Shown: positions 46,993 to 57,291 of the stretch, in pieces
How the letters are laid out: each line of letters begins with the position of its first letter
Numbering within the stretch: position 1 is the first letter of the stretch
NCBI GenBank assembly: GCA_029838195.1
Contig: JALGVJ010000009.1
Span: 29,126 to 93,125, forward strand
From: Promethearchaeota archaeon
GTDB lineage: Archaea; Asgardarchaeota; Lokiarchaeia; Sigyniarchaeales; SOKP01
DNA length: 64,000 bases
Direction of reading: 5' to 3'
Translations under genes and position numbers: made by a program
Notes under the pieces: generated by a model
Seen by the model: only the letters and a program-made list of their open reading frames with translations
The model's database searches: none
What the model was told of the DNA's origin: nothing

Positions 46993-48288
46993 TCAAGAGC
47001 GATTTTTTTTCTGCCATTCAAAATAGCTTTCAGGGAGGCTTGAAATATAAGCGGGAGTAATTTCATCTAAAGCATAATCTCCTTCATCATATACCGCCTT
47101 TCTTAATTTCCAGATATCCCCTTCTTTCGTCCATATATGAGGATTCCTAAACTTGTCAACGATCCTCCAAAATTCATCAGCCGTGATCTGGGTGTACTCT
47201 AAAAATTCTTTGAACCACCTTTTTGGAAATTCTCCATCATACCGCTTCACTAAAGATACTCCCTCTTCCCGCGTGATATGACCATCACGAATTTCATGAG
47301 CAGCATCAGAAGTACATCGCCCAATTCCAAATTTTATAAAGGCCATGTAAAAATGAAAACCATCTGTTTGATCATCCAAGCTGGCATATTTAGAATAGGT
47401 CCCCTCCGAGCGCCCTTCTGGGTTAGCTTCAAATCCCGTGTGCTCCGCAGCAAGATAATAATTTTCTTGGGGTATCCATTTGTGATAATAAGAAAACCAG
47501 TGAAATTGAATCCCTAAATCCTTCATCTCTTTAATATCCGGAGGCCTATAAAACCTCAAATCACTTTCATCAAAATCGTTTTCAGTAAAATAATCCGTCT
47601 CTTCCAATCCATATTTTATTAAATCATCAACCGTAATGCCCTTGAAATATTGCTCCGCCCACAGCTCAAAAGGCATCCCCCGAAGATTATATACGCGAGG
47701 ATCCCCTGAATATTCAGCTTCTCCATTTTCTCCAAAAAAAACTAATTTTACATCAAAAGCTTTTGCAATGTGAAAAGCATAGCAGACCTGGCCATAAGTG
47801 AAAGGCTGCCAAGCATCGCCGACAGCTTCCAATGAAATTCTAGACAATTTTCGATGGAGATGGCCATTGGGCCATGCCATTAAATTATTAAAACCCCCTA
47901 CTTTAATGAAATTACGAAAATTTTTATAACCGATTGGCGTGTATTCGAAGGGAGCCCACGTAATCGTGAGAGGATGCATGTTAAATTTATATTTTAAAGT
48001 CCATGCCACGCGGGCCGAGTCTTTTCCCCCGCTGACGGGAATGATCACGTCATAGCGACCATCATTTCTGCGATACTCATCGCAGAGATTTGCTAGCATT
48101 TCTTCTCTTTCTTTCCAATCGATTTCATGATTTTTGATGTCGGTGAACTTGCAAGCCCCGCAAATTCCATCTTTAGTCCAATGAATTCTAGGTCTTTGAT
48201 TGGAAACCACGCATCTACGACAGAATTTTATTTCCTTGGGTAATTTAGGAATTTGTCTATCGAGTATTTTTTGGCTAACCATATTCAA
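46993..48288 (-). CDS. N-acetyl sugar amidotransferase (WbuX/WbpG/PseA-type, PP-loop)
   Basis: It has an N-terminal Zn-ribbon CRRCVVSNQRP...GICGAC and the PP-loop IIPVSGGKDS. It is adjacent to HisH/HisF paralogues, as in known acetamidino-sugar loci. Confidence 0.8.
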   Translation of the reverse strand: MNMVSQKILDRQIPKLPKEIKFCRRCVVSNQRPRIHWTKDGICGACKFTDIKNHEIDWKEREEMLANLCDEYRRNDGRYDVIIPVSGGKDSARVAWTLKYKFNMHPLTITWAPFEYTPIGYKNFRNFIKVGGFNNLMAWPNGHLHRKLSRISLEAVGDAWQPFTYGQVCYAFHIAKAFDVKLVFFGENGEAEYSGDPRVYNLRGMPFELWAEQYFKGITVDDLIKYGLEETDYFTENDFDESDLRFYRPPDIKEMKDLGIQFHWFSYYHKWIPQENYYLAAEHTGFEANPEGRSEGTYSKYASLDDQTDGFHFYMAFIKFGIGRCTSDAAHEIRDGHITREEGVSLVKRYDGEFPKRWFKEFLEYTQITADEFWRIVDKFRNPHIWTKEGDIWKLRKAVYDEGDYALDEITPAYISSLPESYFEWQKKNRS

Positions 48289-48315
48289 TTCAATTTTTTT
48301 AATGAGTTTTACTAT

Positions 48316-48996
48316 TTATATCCCATATAATGTACAAAATTTATTTAACATTTTCAATCCTTCTTTTGCACTTTTCTCAGGATGGTATTGCGTTCCGCTA
48401 ATATTATCTTTTTTTACCACGGCACAGAATTCTTGCCCTCCATAAACGGACGTAGCTAAAATGGTATCTTCTTCTTCTGGCACGGGATAAAATGAGTGAA
48501 CAAAAAATACATCTGTTCCTGGTTCGGTGGATTCTAGCAGAGTGCCTTTCCATCGTGTTAGATCTTTTGTAGAGACAATTTCTGGTAATTGTAGTTCATT
48601 CCATCCCATGTGGGGTACCTTGTATCCTTCAATGTTTACTTCTTGCGGAGGCTTGAAGGGAATGACCCTGCCAAGTATTAAATTTAACCCTTCATGGCGA
48701 CCAAATTCTTCACTTTCCGAAAACAACATTTGCATTCCTAAACAAATCCCCAGCAAGGGAGTTCCTTCTTCTACTTTTTCTCGAATGGGTTCTATTAATC
48801 CTCTTACTCGCAATCCTTCCATGCCATCACCAAATGCTCCAATACCGGGCAATATGAGGCACTTGGCTTCAATAACTTCTTCGGGAGTTTCAATGATTTT
48901 AAAACTCTTGCCAATTTTCCGAAAAGCCATGCTCACGCTTTTTAAATTATTAATTCCATAATTAATAATACTTACATCAGGAATTTTTGAATTCAT
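48316..48996 (-). CDS. HisH-like glutamine amidotransferase subunit
   Basis: It has LILPGIGAFG, GICLGMQML and the HSF..P catalytic triad pattern. Confidence 0.85.
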   Translation of the reverse strand: MNSKIPDVSIINYGINNLKSVSMAFRKIGKSFKIIETPEEVIEAKCLILPGIGAFGDGMEGLRVRGLIEPIREKVEEGTPLLGICLGMQMLFSESEEFGRHEGLNLILGRVIPFKPPQEVNIEGYKVPHMGWNELQLPEIVSTKDLTRWKGTLLESTEPGTDVFFVHSFYPVPEEEDTILATSVYGGQEFCAVVKKDNISGTQYHPEKSAKEGLKMLNKFCTLYGI

Positions 48997-48998
48997 TT

Positions 48999-49763
48999 TT
49001 ACCAGGTCATTCTCACGGGAATGTCATATTTTTTTAATTCATTTTTAATTTCTGGGATGGTGGTCATGTTATAATGAAGAATGGATGCAATGGCAATAGA
49101 ATCTGCCTTGCATTTTTTTATACACGTGATTATATCCTCAATACATCCTGCCCCCCCCGATACAATTACGGGGATGGAAATTTCCTCGATAACCCTTGAA
49201 ATTAATTCTAAATCAAAACCTTTTTTAGTTCCTTCTTGGTCGATCGATGTCAATAAGATTTCTCCGGCCCCTAATTCCTCTCCTCTTTTTGCCCATTCGA
49301 TCACATCCAAACCAGTCCGTTCTCGCCCATTATTGGTGTAAGCTTCCCATTTCTCTTCGCCTTGTTTTTTTGCTTCAATGCTTAACACGATGCATTGAGA
49401 ACCAAAAGTATGACTTGCTTTAGCGATCAAATCGGGATTGATGGTGGCAGCAGTATTAATAGCAACTTTATCAGCACCCGCTTTGAGAAATTCTCGAATG
49501 TCATCGATGGTTCGAATCCCGCCTCCCACCGTGAATGGAATGAAAATCTTATCGGAGGCTTCATGAACGATGTTGAGCAAGTTTTCTCTCCTATATAAAC
49601 TTGCGACAATATCAATATATAGAAGCTCATCTGCTCCCGATAAATAATATCGTTCTGCGAATTCACCGGGTTTTCCTACCACGCGAAGACATTCCAAATG
49701 TATGCCCTTGATCACATTTGGCCCCTTTACATCGAGTCTGGGAATGATCCGTATCTTTTTCAT
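48999..49763 (-). CDS. HisF-like cyclase/synthase subunit
   Basis: It has [27 protein letters not shown] and SGGAG. Confidence 0.85.
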   Translation of the reverse strand: MKKIRIIPRLDVKGPNVIKGIHLECLRVVGKPGEFAERYYLSGADELLYIDIVASLYRRENLLNIVHEASDKIFIPFTVGGGIRTIDDIREFLKAGADKVAINTAATINPDLIAKASHTFGSQCIVLSIEAKKQGEEKWEAYTNNGRERTGLDVIEWAKRGEELGAGEILLTSIDQEGTKKGFDLELISRVIEEISIPVIVSGGAGCIEDIITCIKKCKADSIAIASILHYNMTTIPEIKNELKKYDIPVRMTW

Positions 49764-49858
49764 AACATGAGAAGTTTTGGGGGATAATTATGGAAATAAA
49801 ATGAAACATTTTATAATGAATATTTCGAAAAATATTAATAGCAAATGAATCTCTTTTC

Positions 49859-50884
49859 TTAATCGACTTTATAATATTTAAGCAAACCTTCTAAAATATC
49901 CGTGGCATCTGCGACTATACAGTAATCTGCAACCTTAAAGAGAGCACAATTTGGATCCTTATTAATGGCTACAATAGTTTTTGAGCGGGTAATCCCTACG
50001 ACGTGTTGAATTGCGCCTGAAATGCCAAATGCGATGTACAAATCGCAATTGATGGATTCTCCGCTGATTCCGATTTGAAGGTGTTCGGACATCCAACCTT
50101 CAATTATCGGGCGTCTCGTTCCTCCTACTTTCCCATTCGTAAATCGTGCTAATTCAAATAATTTTTCGAAGTTTTCCTTGGTAGATAAACCATGTCCACC
50201 TCCAATTACAAATCGAGCGTCTGACAAGGTGGCGGTAGGCTTGTCTTTTCTGGTGGGTGTTCCGATGATTTTAATCTTAATGTTTCGATCATCAAAAGTA
50301 TACTCTTTTTTAATAACTTCTATGGAGGATTTTCTCGACTTTTTCTTTATAAATGTTCCTCCGGTTATCGTGCACATTTGAGGCCTGGCATGAGGGCAAA
50401 TAATTTTCACGTGAATATTTCCACCATAGGCGGGTTTATCTGTGAGAAGTAAATTCTTTCCATGCTCATCGCTTAATTCTAAATCTAATACATCACTCAC
50501 GAGACCCGTTCTGCAGCGATAAGCAATTCTTGCTGCCAAGGAGTTACCGGCTTCGGTACTTGGAAACAAGAACACGGAAGGCTTGTATTCTTTAATCAAA
50601 TCGTATACGAGTGATGTAAAAATACGTTCATGGTAATGTTTTAAATTAGGATGACTAATATAGATGATTTTATCCACCCCATAGTCCTTGATCGTTTCCA
50701 AATATTGTTCGGCTTCAAGCGCTAACACGATGGCAACGAGTTGTTGATCTAATTTATCTGCGATTTCTCTTGCCTTGCTTAAAATTTCTAAAGCGGTGTC
50801 ATGAACTTCCTCGTGATCTTTAATTTCTGTAAAGACCCATACGTCCTTGTACTCGGTCAAGTCGTGAACTTGTTGAGCGCTCAT
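49859..50884 (-). CDS. etfA: Electron transfer flavoprotein alpha subunit
   Basis: The C-terminal FAD block is VIGGGHGL...LYIAFGISGAIQHVVG. I prefer the ATG at 50884 (MSAQQVHDL), 1 nt after the etfB stop, to the track's 50923 start, which overlaps etfB. Confidence 0.85.
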   Translation of the reverse strand: MSAQQVHDLTEYKDVWVFTEIKDHEEVHDTALEILSKAREIADKLDQQLVAIVLALEAEQYLETIKDYGVDKIIYISHPNLKHYHERIFTSLVYDLIKEYKPSVFLFPSTEAGNSLAARIAYRCRTGLVSDVLDLELSDEHGKNLLLTDKPAYGGNIHVKIICPHARPQMCTITGGTFIKKKSRKSSIEVIKKEYTFDDRNIKIKIIGTPTRKDKPTATLSDARFVIGGGHGLSTKENFEKLFELARFTNGKVGGTRRPIIEGWMSEHLQIGISGESINCDLYIAFGISGAIQHVVGITRSKTIVAINKDPNCALFKVADYCIVADATDILEGLLKYYKVD

Positions 50885-50885
50885 G

Positions 50886-51698
50886 CTATTTATTTCCTCC
50901 CGTCCAGATTCTCTCAATGCCATGTTCTCTCATGATAGAAATTAATTTATATATTTTTTCATTCACGTTCCCTTGGATGAATTCGTGTTTTCTTTCATGC
51001 TTTATTTCAAAGGTTTTTACCACTTTTGTAGGAGATTGATTGCATCCATCCAAGTGAGCAGGAAAATTCAAATATTTATGATCAATAATTTTAATTTTTT
51101 TTCTAAAAGCTCTTTTAATTCTTAATAAGGAGACATGTCTGGGAACATTAAAATGCCGAGGAACCCTTATTAAAACGGGCAATTCTACCATGATATTTTG
51201 CGATTCATGACCAAAATTACGATGACAATAAAAAATTCCACCCTCAATAGACATGGAAAAGATGTCCGTGATCAAGGGAATGTCAAGGGCTTCCGATAAT
51301 TGATAAGGAACTTGTCCCGTGCTTGAATCGGCCGTTTTGCTTCCCGTTATGATGATATCATAATGTCTAATGGAATTAAATACTTCCTTTAAGACAAGAG
51401 TGGTTTGCAGGGTATCTGAATATGCAAATCGAGGATCGGATATTAAAATAGCGCCATCCACGCCCATTGCTAAAGCTTCTCGTAATGCTAATTCCGCTTG
51501 AGGCGGGCCCATGGTAACAGCAGTAACATATCCTCCATATTGCTCTTTTAGGCTAATACCTAATTCTAATCCGTTTAAATCATCAGGATTTATAATGGTT
51601 TCAATTCCTTCTCTAATAATGGTACCTGTTTTAGGATTGATTTTAATCTCACGAATTTCCGGGACTTGTTTAATCAACACGTAAATTTCTAACCCCAT
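50886..51698 (-). CDS. etfB: Electron transfer flavoprotein beta subunit
   Basis: It has IYVLIKQVP...INPDDLNGLE...VTMGPPQA...AILISD. Confidence 0.85.
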   Translation of the reverse strand: MGLEIYVLIKQVPEIREIKINPKTGTIIREGIETIINPDDLNGLELGISLKEQYGGYVTAVTMGPPQAELALREALAMGVDGAILISDPRFAYSDTLQTTLVLKEVFNSIRHYDIIITGSKTADSSTGQVPYQLSEALDIPLITDIFSMSIEGGIFYCHRNFGHESQNIMVELPVLIRVPRHFNVPRHVSLLRIKRAFRKKIKIIDHKYLNFPAHLDGCNQSPTKVVKTFEIKHERKHEFIQGNVNEKIYKLISIMREHGIERIWTGGNK

Positions 51699-51711
51699 TT
51701 TTATTTTCCTC

Positions 51712-52863
51712 TCATTTTCCCAAAATTTTTCTTGAAATAATTAATTTCATGATTTCATTGGTCCCTTCATATAATTCCGTGACTTTTGAATCCCGATAAT
51801 ACCGCTCTAAAGGCAGATCTTTCATGTATCCATACCCACCGTGAATTTGTATGGCTTCTTGAGAAATCTCTCTTGCAATCTTACTGGCAAAATACTTACA
51901 TGTAGCCGAGGCTTTTGAAATATCTCTCTTCTGATCTTTTAAAAACGCAGCATTATAAACCAGTAATCGGGCGGCATCTATTTTTGCTGACATTTCAGCC
52001 AATTTGAAAGAAATGCCTTGGAAACTTGAAATGGGCCTCCCAAATTGAATGCGGCCCTTGGAATATTCAATGGAATGTTCGAAAGCTGCTTGAGCAATTC
52101 CTAGCGCTTGGGCGGCAATTCCAATTCTTCCCACGTTTAACGCATCCATTGCGATTTTAAAACCATCGGAAAGATTCCCCAAAACATTTTCTATTGGAAT
52201 TTCCACGTCATGAAAGTAGAGACTGGTGGTGATGTTTCCCCGCATGCCCAACTTATCTTCTGGAGGTCCAATCTCATAGCCTTTCATGTCCCTTTCCACG
52301 ATGAATGCTCCTATTCCCTTTTGTCCATCATCCGTTAAAAATTTTGCTCCAATTAACATTACAGAGGCGATCCCGCCATTAGTTACGAAAATTTTCGAGC
52401 CATTCAAGATAAAATGATCCCCTTCTTGAACGGCCGTGGTTTCAATAGCCGCCGCATCCGAACCTGCATTTGGTTCCGTCCAAGAAAACCCCGCTATTTT
52501 TCTCCCTCGGGCTAAATCCGTCAAAAATCTTGCTTTTTGTTCTTCCGTACCCCATTTATAAATTGGGTAGGCCCCTACAGAATTATGAACCGTTAATGTT
52601 AACGCCGTGGAAGCACACACGCGAGCGATTTCTTCAATTATAAGGGTATAAGAAATGGAATCCAAACCAGCACCGCCATATTCCTCTGGAAGCTGGATAC
52701 CCCAGGCATTTATCTCCGCTAATTTTTCGAAAATTTTTTGGCTAAAAGTTGCTTCTTTATCAAAAATAGGTGCGACTGGAGCTAGAATATCGTTTGCGAA
52801 CTTTCTAACATTCCTTCGTATTAGTTTTTGTTGATCGGTTAGCTCAAAATTCAAGATTATCAC
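51712..52863 (-). CDS. Acyl-CoA dehydrogenase (butyryl-CoA dehydrogenase-like)
   Basis: 383 aa with TEPNAGSDAA, a C-terminal IHGGYGYM..LPLERYYRDSKVTELYEGTNEI, and the catalytic Glu context. Confidence 0.9.
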   Translation of the reverse strand: MIILNFELTDQQKLIRRNVRKFANDILAPVAPIFDKEATFSQKIFEKLAEINAWGIQLPEEYGGAGLDSISYTLIIEEIARVCASTALTLTVHNSVGAYPIYKWGTEEQKARFLTDLARGRKIAGFSWTEPNAGSDAAAIETTAVQEGDHFILNGSKIFVTNGGIASVMLIGAKFLTDDGQKGIGAFIVERDMKGYEIGPPEDKLGMRGNITTSLYFHDVEIPIENVLGNLSDGFKIAMDALNVGRIGIAAQALGIAQAAFEHSIEYSKGRIQFGRPISSFQGISFKLAEMSAKIDAARLLVYNAAFLKDQKRDISKASATCKYFASKIAREISQEAIQIHGGYGYMKDLPLERYYRDSKVTELYEGTNEIMKLIISRKILGK

Positions 52864-53295
52864 GAATAAAAAACATTAAAATTTTCATGAATTAGTAAAA
52901 ATTTGCGTACTCATTATTTCTTTCCATACTAATTCTAAAGATTTAATGATTTAAAATTTTCATTGATCCATTCATTTCATTCTCTCATCTTGGAAAAGAT
53001 TTCGAGAAATAATCCCGTCCTGTAAGATTAATTATTCTCATTTTAAAAAAATGGAAAAAACATTATCCCTTATATTTTTTGGAGGAACCTTACTTTAATA
53101 AAGCGATCTGGAAGAACATCATGTTAATAAACCAATTTAAAAAAAAAAAACGGGATATGAGATTTCTCCAATTATTATTTCTCCTATAAGGCTTGAATAC
53201 GAGAAGATTTTTTAAATATCAAATATAATTAGAAATCAAATGAAAAAATTTGGATTGAATTACGACTAAAATATAACGCAATCTAACGGCGGTAT

Positions 53296-53670
53296 GTGAT
53301 CATGTCTATAGCATGGAGAGGAATCACTTGGGGTCTCATTTTTTTAATGGGGGGATTAATTTTCTTAGTGATTCCCACCTACTTGGTTGTTACATTTTGG
53401 GTTTTCTTAAATGAAATTACGATTAACGGAAATCCCGTGTATACATACGCTTTATTTGCCATTTTTCTTTATATTATTTGTATTTTAGTTGGAGCCATTT
53501 TTATCACCGCAATGATCAGGGCGTTCATTCAGAGGAATAACCCCGATTTGGGAATTCCTAATGGCGTGAAAGGAGCAGCTCTCATTACTGATATCATCGT
53601 GATTGGAATAATGGTATTAGTTTATTTTTTCACGGGTTCTATTGCTTTTTTTTCCTTAAAGCCACCTTGA
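53296..53670 (+). CDS. Hypothetical 4-TM membrane protein
   Basis: 124-aa ORF with four hydrophobic helices. I recognise no family. Confidence 0.4.
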   Translation: MIMSIAWRGITWGLIFLMGGLIFLVIPTYLVVTFWVFLNEITINGNPVYTYALFAIFLYIICILVGAIFITAMIRAFIQRNNPDLGIPNGVKGAALITDIIVIGIMVLVYFFTGSIAFFSLKPP

Positions 53671-54037
53671 ATTCATTAAAAATAAATGAAATCTTTTATT
53701 GGAAAAATAATCGAACCCTTTTTTTGTTCCATCTTACTCCACTTTTCTTCTTTACTAAATTGTTAGTTTAGAATAAAAAATTTCTTGAATACGTTTCAAT
53801 CCTTTTGCTCGTATGATTTTAGATCTTTACGTGAACGTGAAGATTTACTAATATTATAAATTCACGTATTTTTTTATTATTATATAATAAACTATATTCG
53901 TTTTATAAAAATCAACTCGAATATTGCATGATTGTTGAGGTGTGTGATTCATTCCGCGTGATAGAGTTTATTTTGATCGAAAGAATGATGATAAAGAAAG
54001 AGTTCTCTTTAAAATCTGCGTTTTTGGCGATGGAGGG

Positions 54038-54529
54038 GTGGGAAAAACAACCTTAATTAATCGATACATTACGGGTTCATTTAGAGATTCCTATAAAATG
54101 ACAATAGGAGTAGACTTCATGTCCAAGATCTTAAATATTAAAGGAATAGAAGTATATTTACAGATATGGGATTTTGCCGGAGAAGACCGGTTTCGCTTTC
54201 TAATTCCGGGCTATATAGAAGGAGCAAGCGGAGGAATTTTCATGTATGACATCACGCGGCTTAAAAGTTTAATAAATCTTGAAGAGTGGTATTCCATACT
54301 TATAAAGTCATGGAAAGAATATGATTTATTTCCCATTGTTTTAGTAGGAGGAAAGTCAGATCTCAAGAGAAATAGGTCGGTAAACATGAAACAAGGAGAG
54401 GAGTTTTGTCGGAATCATAAAATGATAAAATTCATTGAATGCTCCTCTAAAACAGGTGAAAATGTTGCGGAGATCTTTGATGTATTAGCTCGTGAATTGG
54501 TGGAACGCATGTTAAAAAGTAATAAATGA
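54038..54529 (+). CDS. Rab/Ras-like small GTPase with an unresolved 5' end (the called GTG lies inside the P-loop)
   Basis: G1 remainder VGKTT, G2 MTIGVDF, G3 WDFAGED, G4 GGKSDL and G5 CSSKTG are present. The upstream in-frame codons read ..RVLFKICVFGDGG, so the true N-terminus is upstream (see findings). My hand count put the GTG at 54037, so coordinates are +/-1 nt. Confidence 0.7.
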   Translation: MGKTTLINRYITGSFRDSYKMTIGVDFMSKILNIKGIEVYLQIWDFAGEDRFRFLIPGYIEGASGGIFMYDITRLKSLINLEEWYSILIKSWKEYDLFPIVLVGGKSDLKRNRSVNMKQGEEFCRNHKMIKFIECSSKTGENVAEIFDVLARELVERMLKSNK

Positions 54530-54544
54530 AAAAAGAGAAAGGTA

Positions 54545-55753
54545 TCATCTTCTTTTCATGAAGATTTTAATGAGCTGATAAATAACGTTTTTGTTATTTT
54601 TAAGAAAATGGGTTAGAAATCGTAAAATAGAAAAATTTCGAAGGAGTTTAAGGAGAAATCTCAAGGGAAAATCCATGTCGCCATAAAGAGTTATGAGATG
54701 TTCGATTTTAGCCATTTTTATAATAGAAAAAAGATGGTCAAACTCTTCGGGAGTAAAAGAGAGAAACAAGATGCGAAGAATGAGATGGATTTTTAATTCT
54801 CGTCCAATTTTTCTTCGGCAAGGGCGTTCATAATATTTTTCTATAATCCGATGGGAGAAATCATTGTTTTTAAAGCATAAATCGATACACTGCGCAGCGA
54901 TTTTAGCAGCCGTTAGTAACATGATGATGCCCCCTCCCGTAGTGGCCTTTACTTGGCACGCTGCATCTCCTAATAATAACACGTTATCAAAGGCTAAGCG
55001 ATTCATTGTACCAAGGGGTATGATTCCTCCTTGACGGTTGACAATATTTTTCTTGGAAACTTGAAGGTATTCTAATAAATAATTTAATTTTGAGGCGGGA
55101 TTCTTCTCGCATGCAAGTCCGATTCGATAAAAATAATTTCCTTCCGGTACGATCCATCCAAATAATTCTTTCCAAATTGGTTTGAATATCATGACCGCTT
55201 CTCTATCATTAAAAGAAGCTTTCACCCGAACTTGAGCGCCATAAATAACCTTGTTTTTAACACCTAATAGTCGTGCCACGGTAGATAAGGGGCCATCACA
55301 TCCAATAACTAATTTACATTTTATTTGACGTTTGGAGGTTTGGACACGCATGATTCTCTCGGAATGCTCTAATTCAGGAGAGAAAGATTTGAATTTTTCA
55401 TTTAAGAGATAAGTCACATTACTTAGATGCTTGATTTTTTCATAAAAATATCTATCTAAAGCAATTCTGTCAATAATAAGAGGCTCTTCCTCCCCTGCTA
55501 ACTTGATTACTAATCCCGAAGGAGAAATCAATTTAGCAACCTTCACACGGTTTAAAATTATTGTTTGAGGGATGGTAATTAATTGAGTGAGCTTTTTCGA
55601 CACGATTCCCGCGCATTGAAACGGATAACCTATTTCTCCGTGCTCTTCAATAACAATGATTCTATAATTTTTTTTTGATAAAAGATAAGCTAAGTAATTG
55701 CCCGCAATGCTTCCTCCTACGATTACAATATCATAGTTTTCTACTTTTTCCAT
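54545..55753 (-). CDS. Geranylgeranyl reductase-family FAD oxidoreductase
   Basis: It has YDIVIVGGSIAGNYLAYLL (the GxGxxG FAD fold) and LLGDAACQVKATTGGGI. Confidence 0.8.
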   Translation of the reverse strand: MEKVENYDIVIVGGSIAGNYLAYLLSKKNYRIIVIEEHGEIGYPFQCAGIVSKKLTQLITIPQTIILNRVKVAKLISPSGLVIKLAGEEEPLIIDRIALDRYFYEKIKHLSNVTYLLNEKFKSFSPELEHSERIMRVQTSKRQIKCKLVIGCDGPLSTVARLLGVKNKVIYGAQVRVKASFNDREAVMIFKPIWKELFGWIVPEGNYFYRIGLACEKNPASKLNYLLEYLQVSKKNIVNRQGGIIPLGTMNRLAFDNVLLLGDAACQVKATTGGGIIMLLTAAKIAAQCIDLCFKNNDFSHRIIEKYYERPCRRKIGRELKIHLILRILFLSFTPEEFDHLFSIIKMAKIEHLITLYGDMDFPLRFLLKLLRNFSILRFLTHFLKNNKNVIYQLIKIFMKRR

Positions 55754-56262
55754 TTTAGCTTCAGACTTTAATATTTTTCTCTAATCCCATGTATTTTAAA
55801 ATTTCTTTTTTATTTTTCAGAATGTTAACCATTAATAAAGTCTTTTTTCATTTCGCAATAGTGCTTACGTTAAAAAAAATCAAATCTTTTAATCCTATTA
55901 TTATAAAAATTCTTTTTCGTTTTGATTATCATTTTATAATAGGTAAATAATAGAAAGAATACTATTTTATTAACCCAAATGTACTTAGCAAGATAATTAT
56001 ATTCCTAAATAACCGTATTTTAACTCCCAAGATTGCGGGATATCGTCGTTTTATATCTAAAAACTGATACATGAAACTGATTTAAAAAAAAACAATACCT
56101 ATAGCCTTTCCGATATAAACAATACGGAAAATATTGAATGGGCAAAAATCCCATAAATTTTATCTAATTTTTTTGGAGAGCAGGAATTTTTAATGTTTCT
56201 TTTTATATTTATCAAATTTTTAATTAAAAATTTACTTCATGAAAATGAACTTTGAGGTTTTT

Positions 56263-57249
56263 TCATTCTTTCCGATAACCTAAATCCATTAACATGCCAT
56301 ATACGAGGCCTAAAATTATTCCTTTAAAAGTAGAATCATTATCTCTAGCAATATCAGACCTCTCCATCAATAAGGGCGTGATCTTTTCTACAACATATCT
56401 CGTTTCGGGTTTCTCTTGATAATATTCCATGACTTTTTTCCTAAAAAGTTCTGTAAATGCCTCATTTTCTTCAATAATTTCTTTCACGCTATCGCGGCCC
56501 TTTATCAAGCCAAAATGACCAAAGCCCCCCATAATAGGTTTAAATTGCTTGATCTTTCTTAATGAATTCATGTATTTTTTATGATTATATAAAACGGGCA
56601 TGGAGGTTGGCATGGTAAGTAATTTCGTGGAATGATAAAGGGTTCCGACCGCTTCTCCAAAAAACATGAATTCTACCTCTCCATTTTCTTTTATAAATAG
56701 CGGGCACTGGTGATCATGAGTGTGGCCTGGCGTTGATAGAATAGCTAATCCGAGTTCAATACCATTCACGTGGAATTTTTCAAGTATTTCAAGTCTCTCA
56801 GGATTTTCAAAGGGTGTGATGATTTTAAAATATTCGGGAGGGATGGGTTTCATTTCGCCCACAAAATTACCATAGGTTCGTCTCGCTCTATCTAAATGGT
56901 ATTGAAAGTCATTTAACAAGCCCATCATCGCATTACTTGCTAGAATTTTTATCTCCGGAGAATAGTTTTTTATTAATTCGATGAATTGCCATGTTCCCCC
57001 ATTATGGTCGAAATGTCCGTGGCTGGGAATGATATACTTCACGGAAGATAATTCAATTTCGCTTTTTTTTAAATATCTCATCAATTTTTTAGTGTCAAGA
57101 GAAGATCCCGTGTCAAATATCAGAGTACCTTCTTCAAATTCTGCTATATAAACGGATAAGATTCGACGTGAGCCATAGGCCCGTAGATCAACGTGATGCA
57201 AATAATCATTAACTTTTCCCGAATCCAAAATTATCTCATGTCCATTCAT
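56263..57249 (-). CDS. Metallo-beta-lactamase-fold hydrolase
   Basis: It has the SHGHFDHNGG (HxHxDH) motif plus downstream His residues (TPGHTHDH). Confidence 0.7.
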   Translation of the reverse strand: MNGHEIILDSGKVNDYLHHVDLRAYGSRRILSVYIAEFEEGTLIFDTGSSLDTKKLMRYLKKSEIELSSVKYIIPSHGHFDHNGGTWQFIELIKNYSPEIKILASNAMMGLLNDFQYHLDRARRTYGNFVGEMKPIPPEYFKIITPFENPERLEILEKFHVNGIELGLAILSTPGHTHDHQCPLFIKENGEVEFMFFGEAVGTLYHSTKLLTMPTSMPVLYNHKKYMNSLRKIKQFKPIMGGFGHFGLIKGRDSVKEIIEENEAFTELFRKKVMEYYQEKPETRYVVEKITPLLMERSDIARDNDSTFKGIILGLVYGMLMDLGYRKE

Positions 57250-57291
57250 TTTAAAAGAAATAATGTAAAATTGATTAATAACTCTATGATT

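Noticed and set aside
50885-50923. The 38-nt etfA/etfB overlap implied by the track start at 50923
   Set aside because: An in-frame ATG at 50884 (MSAQQVHDL) lies 1 nt after the etfB stop and gives a normal EtfA N-terminus. The upstream extension has no homology.
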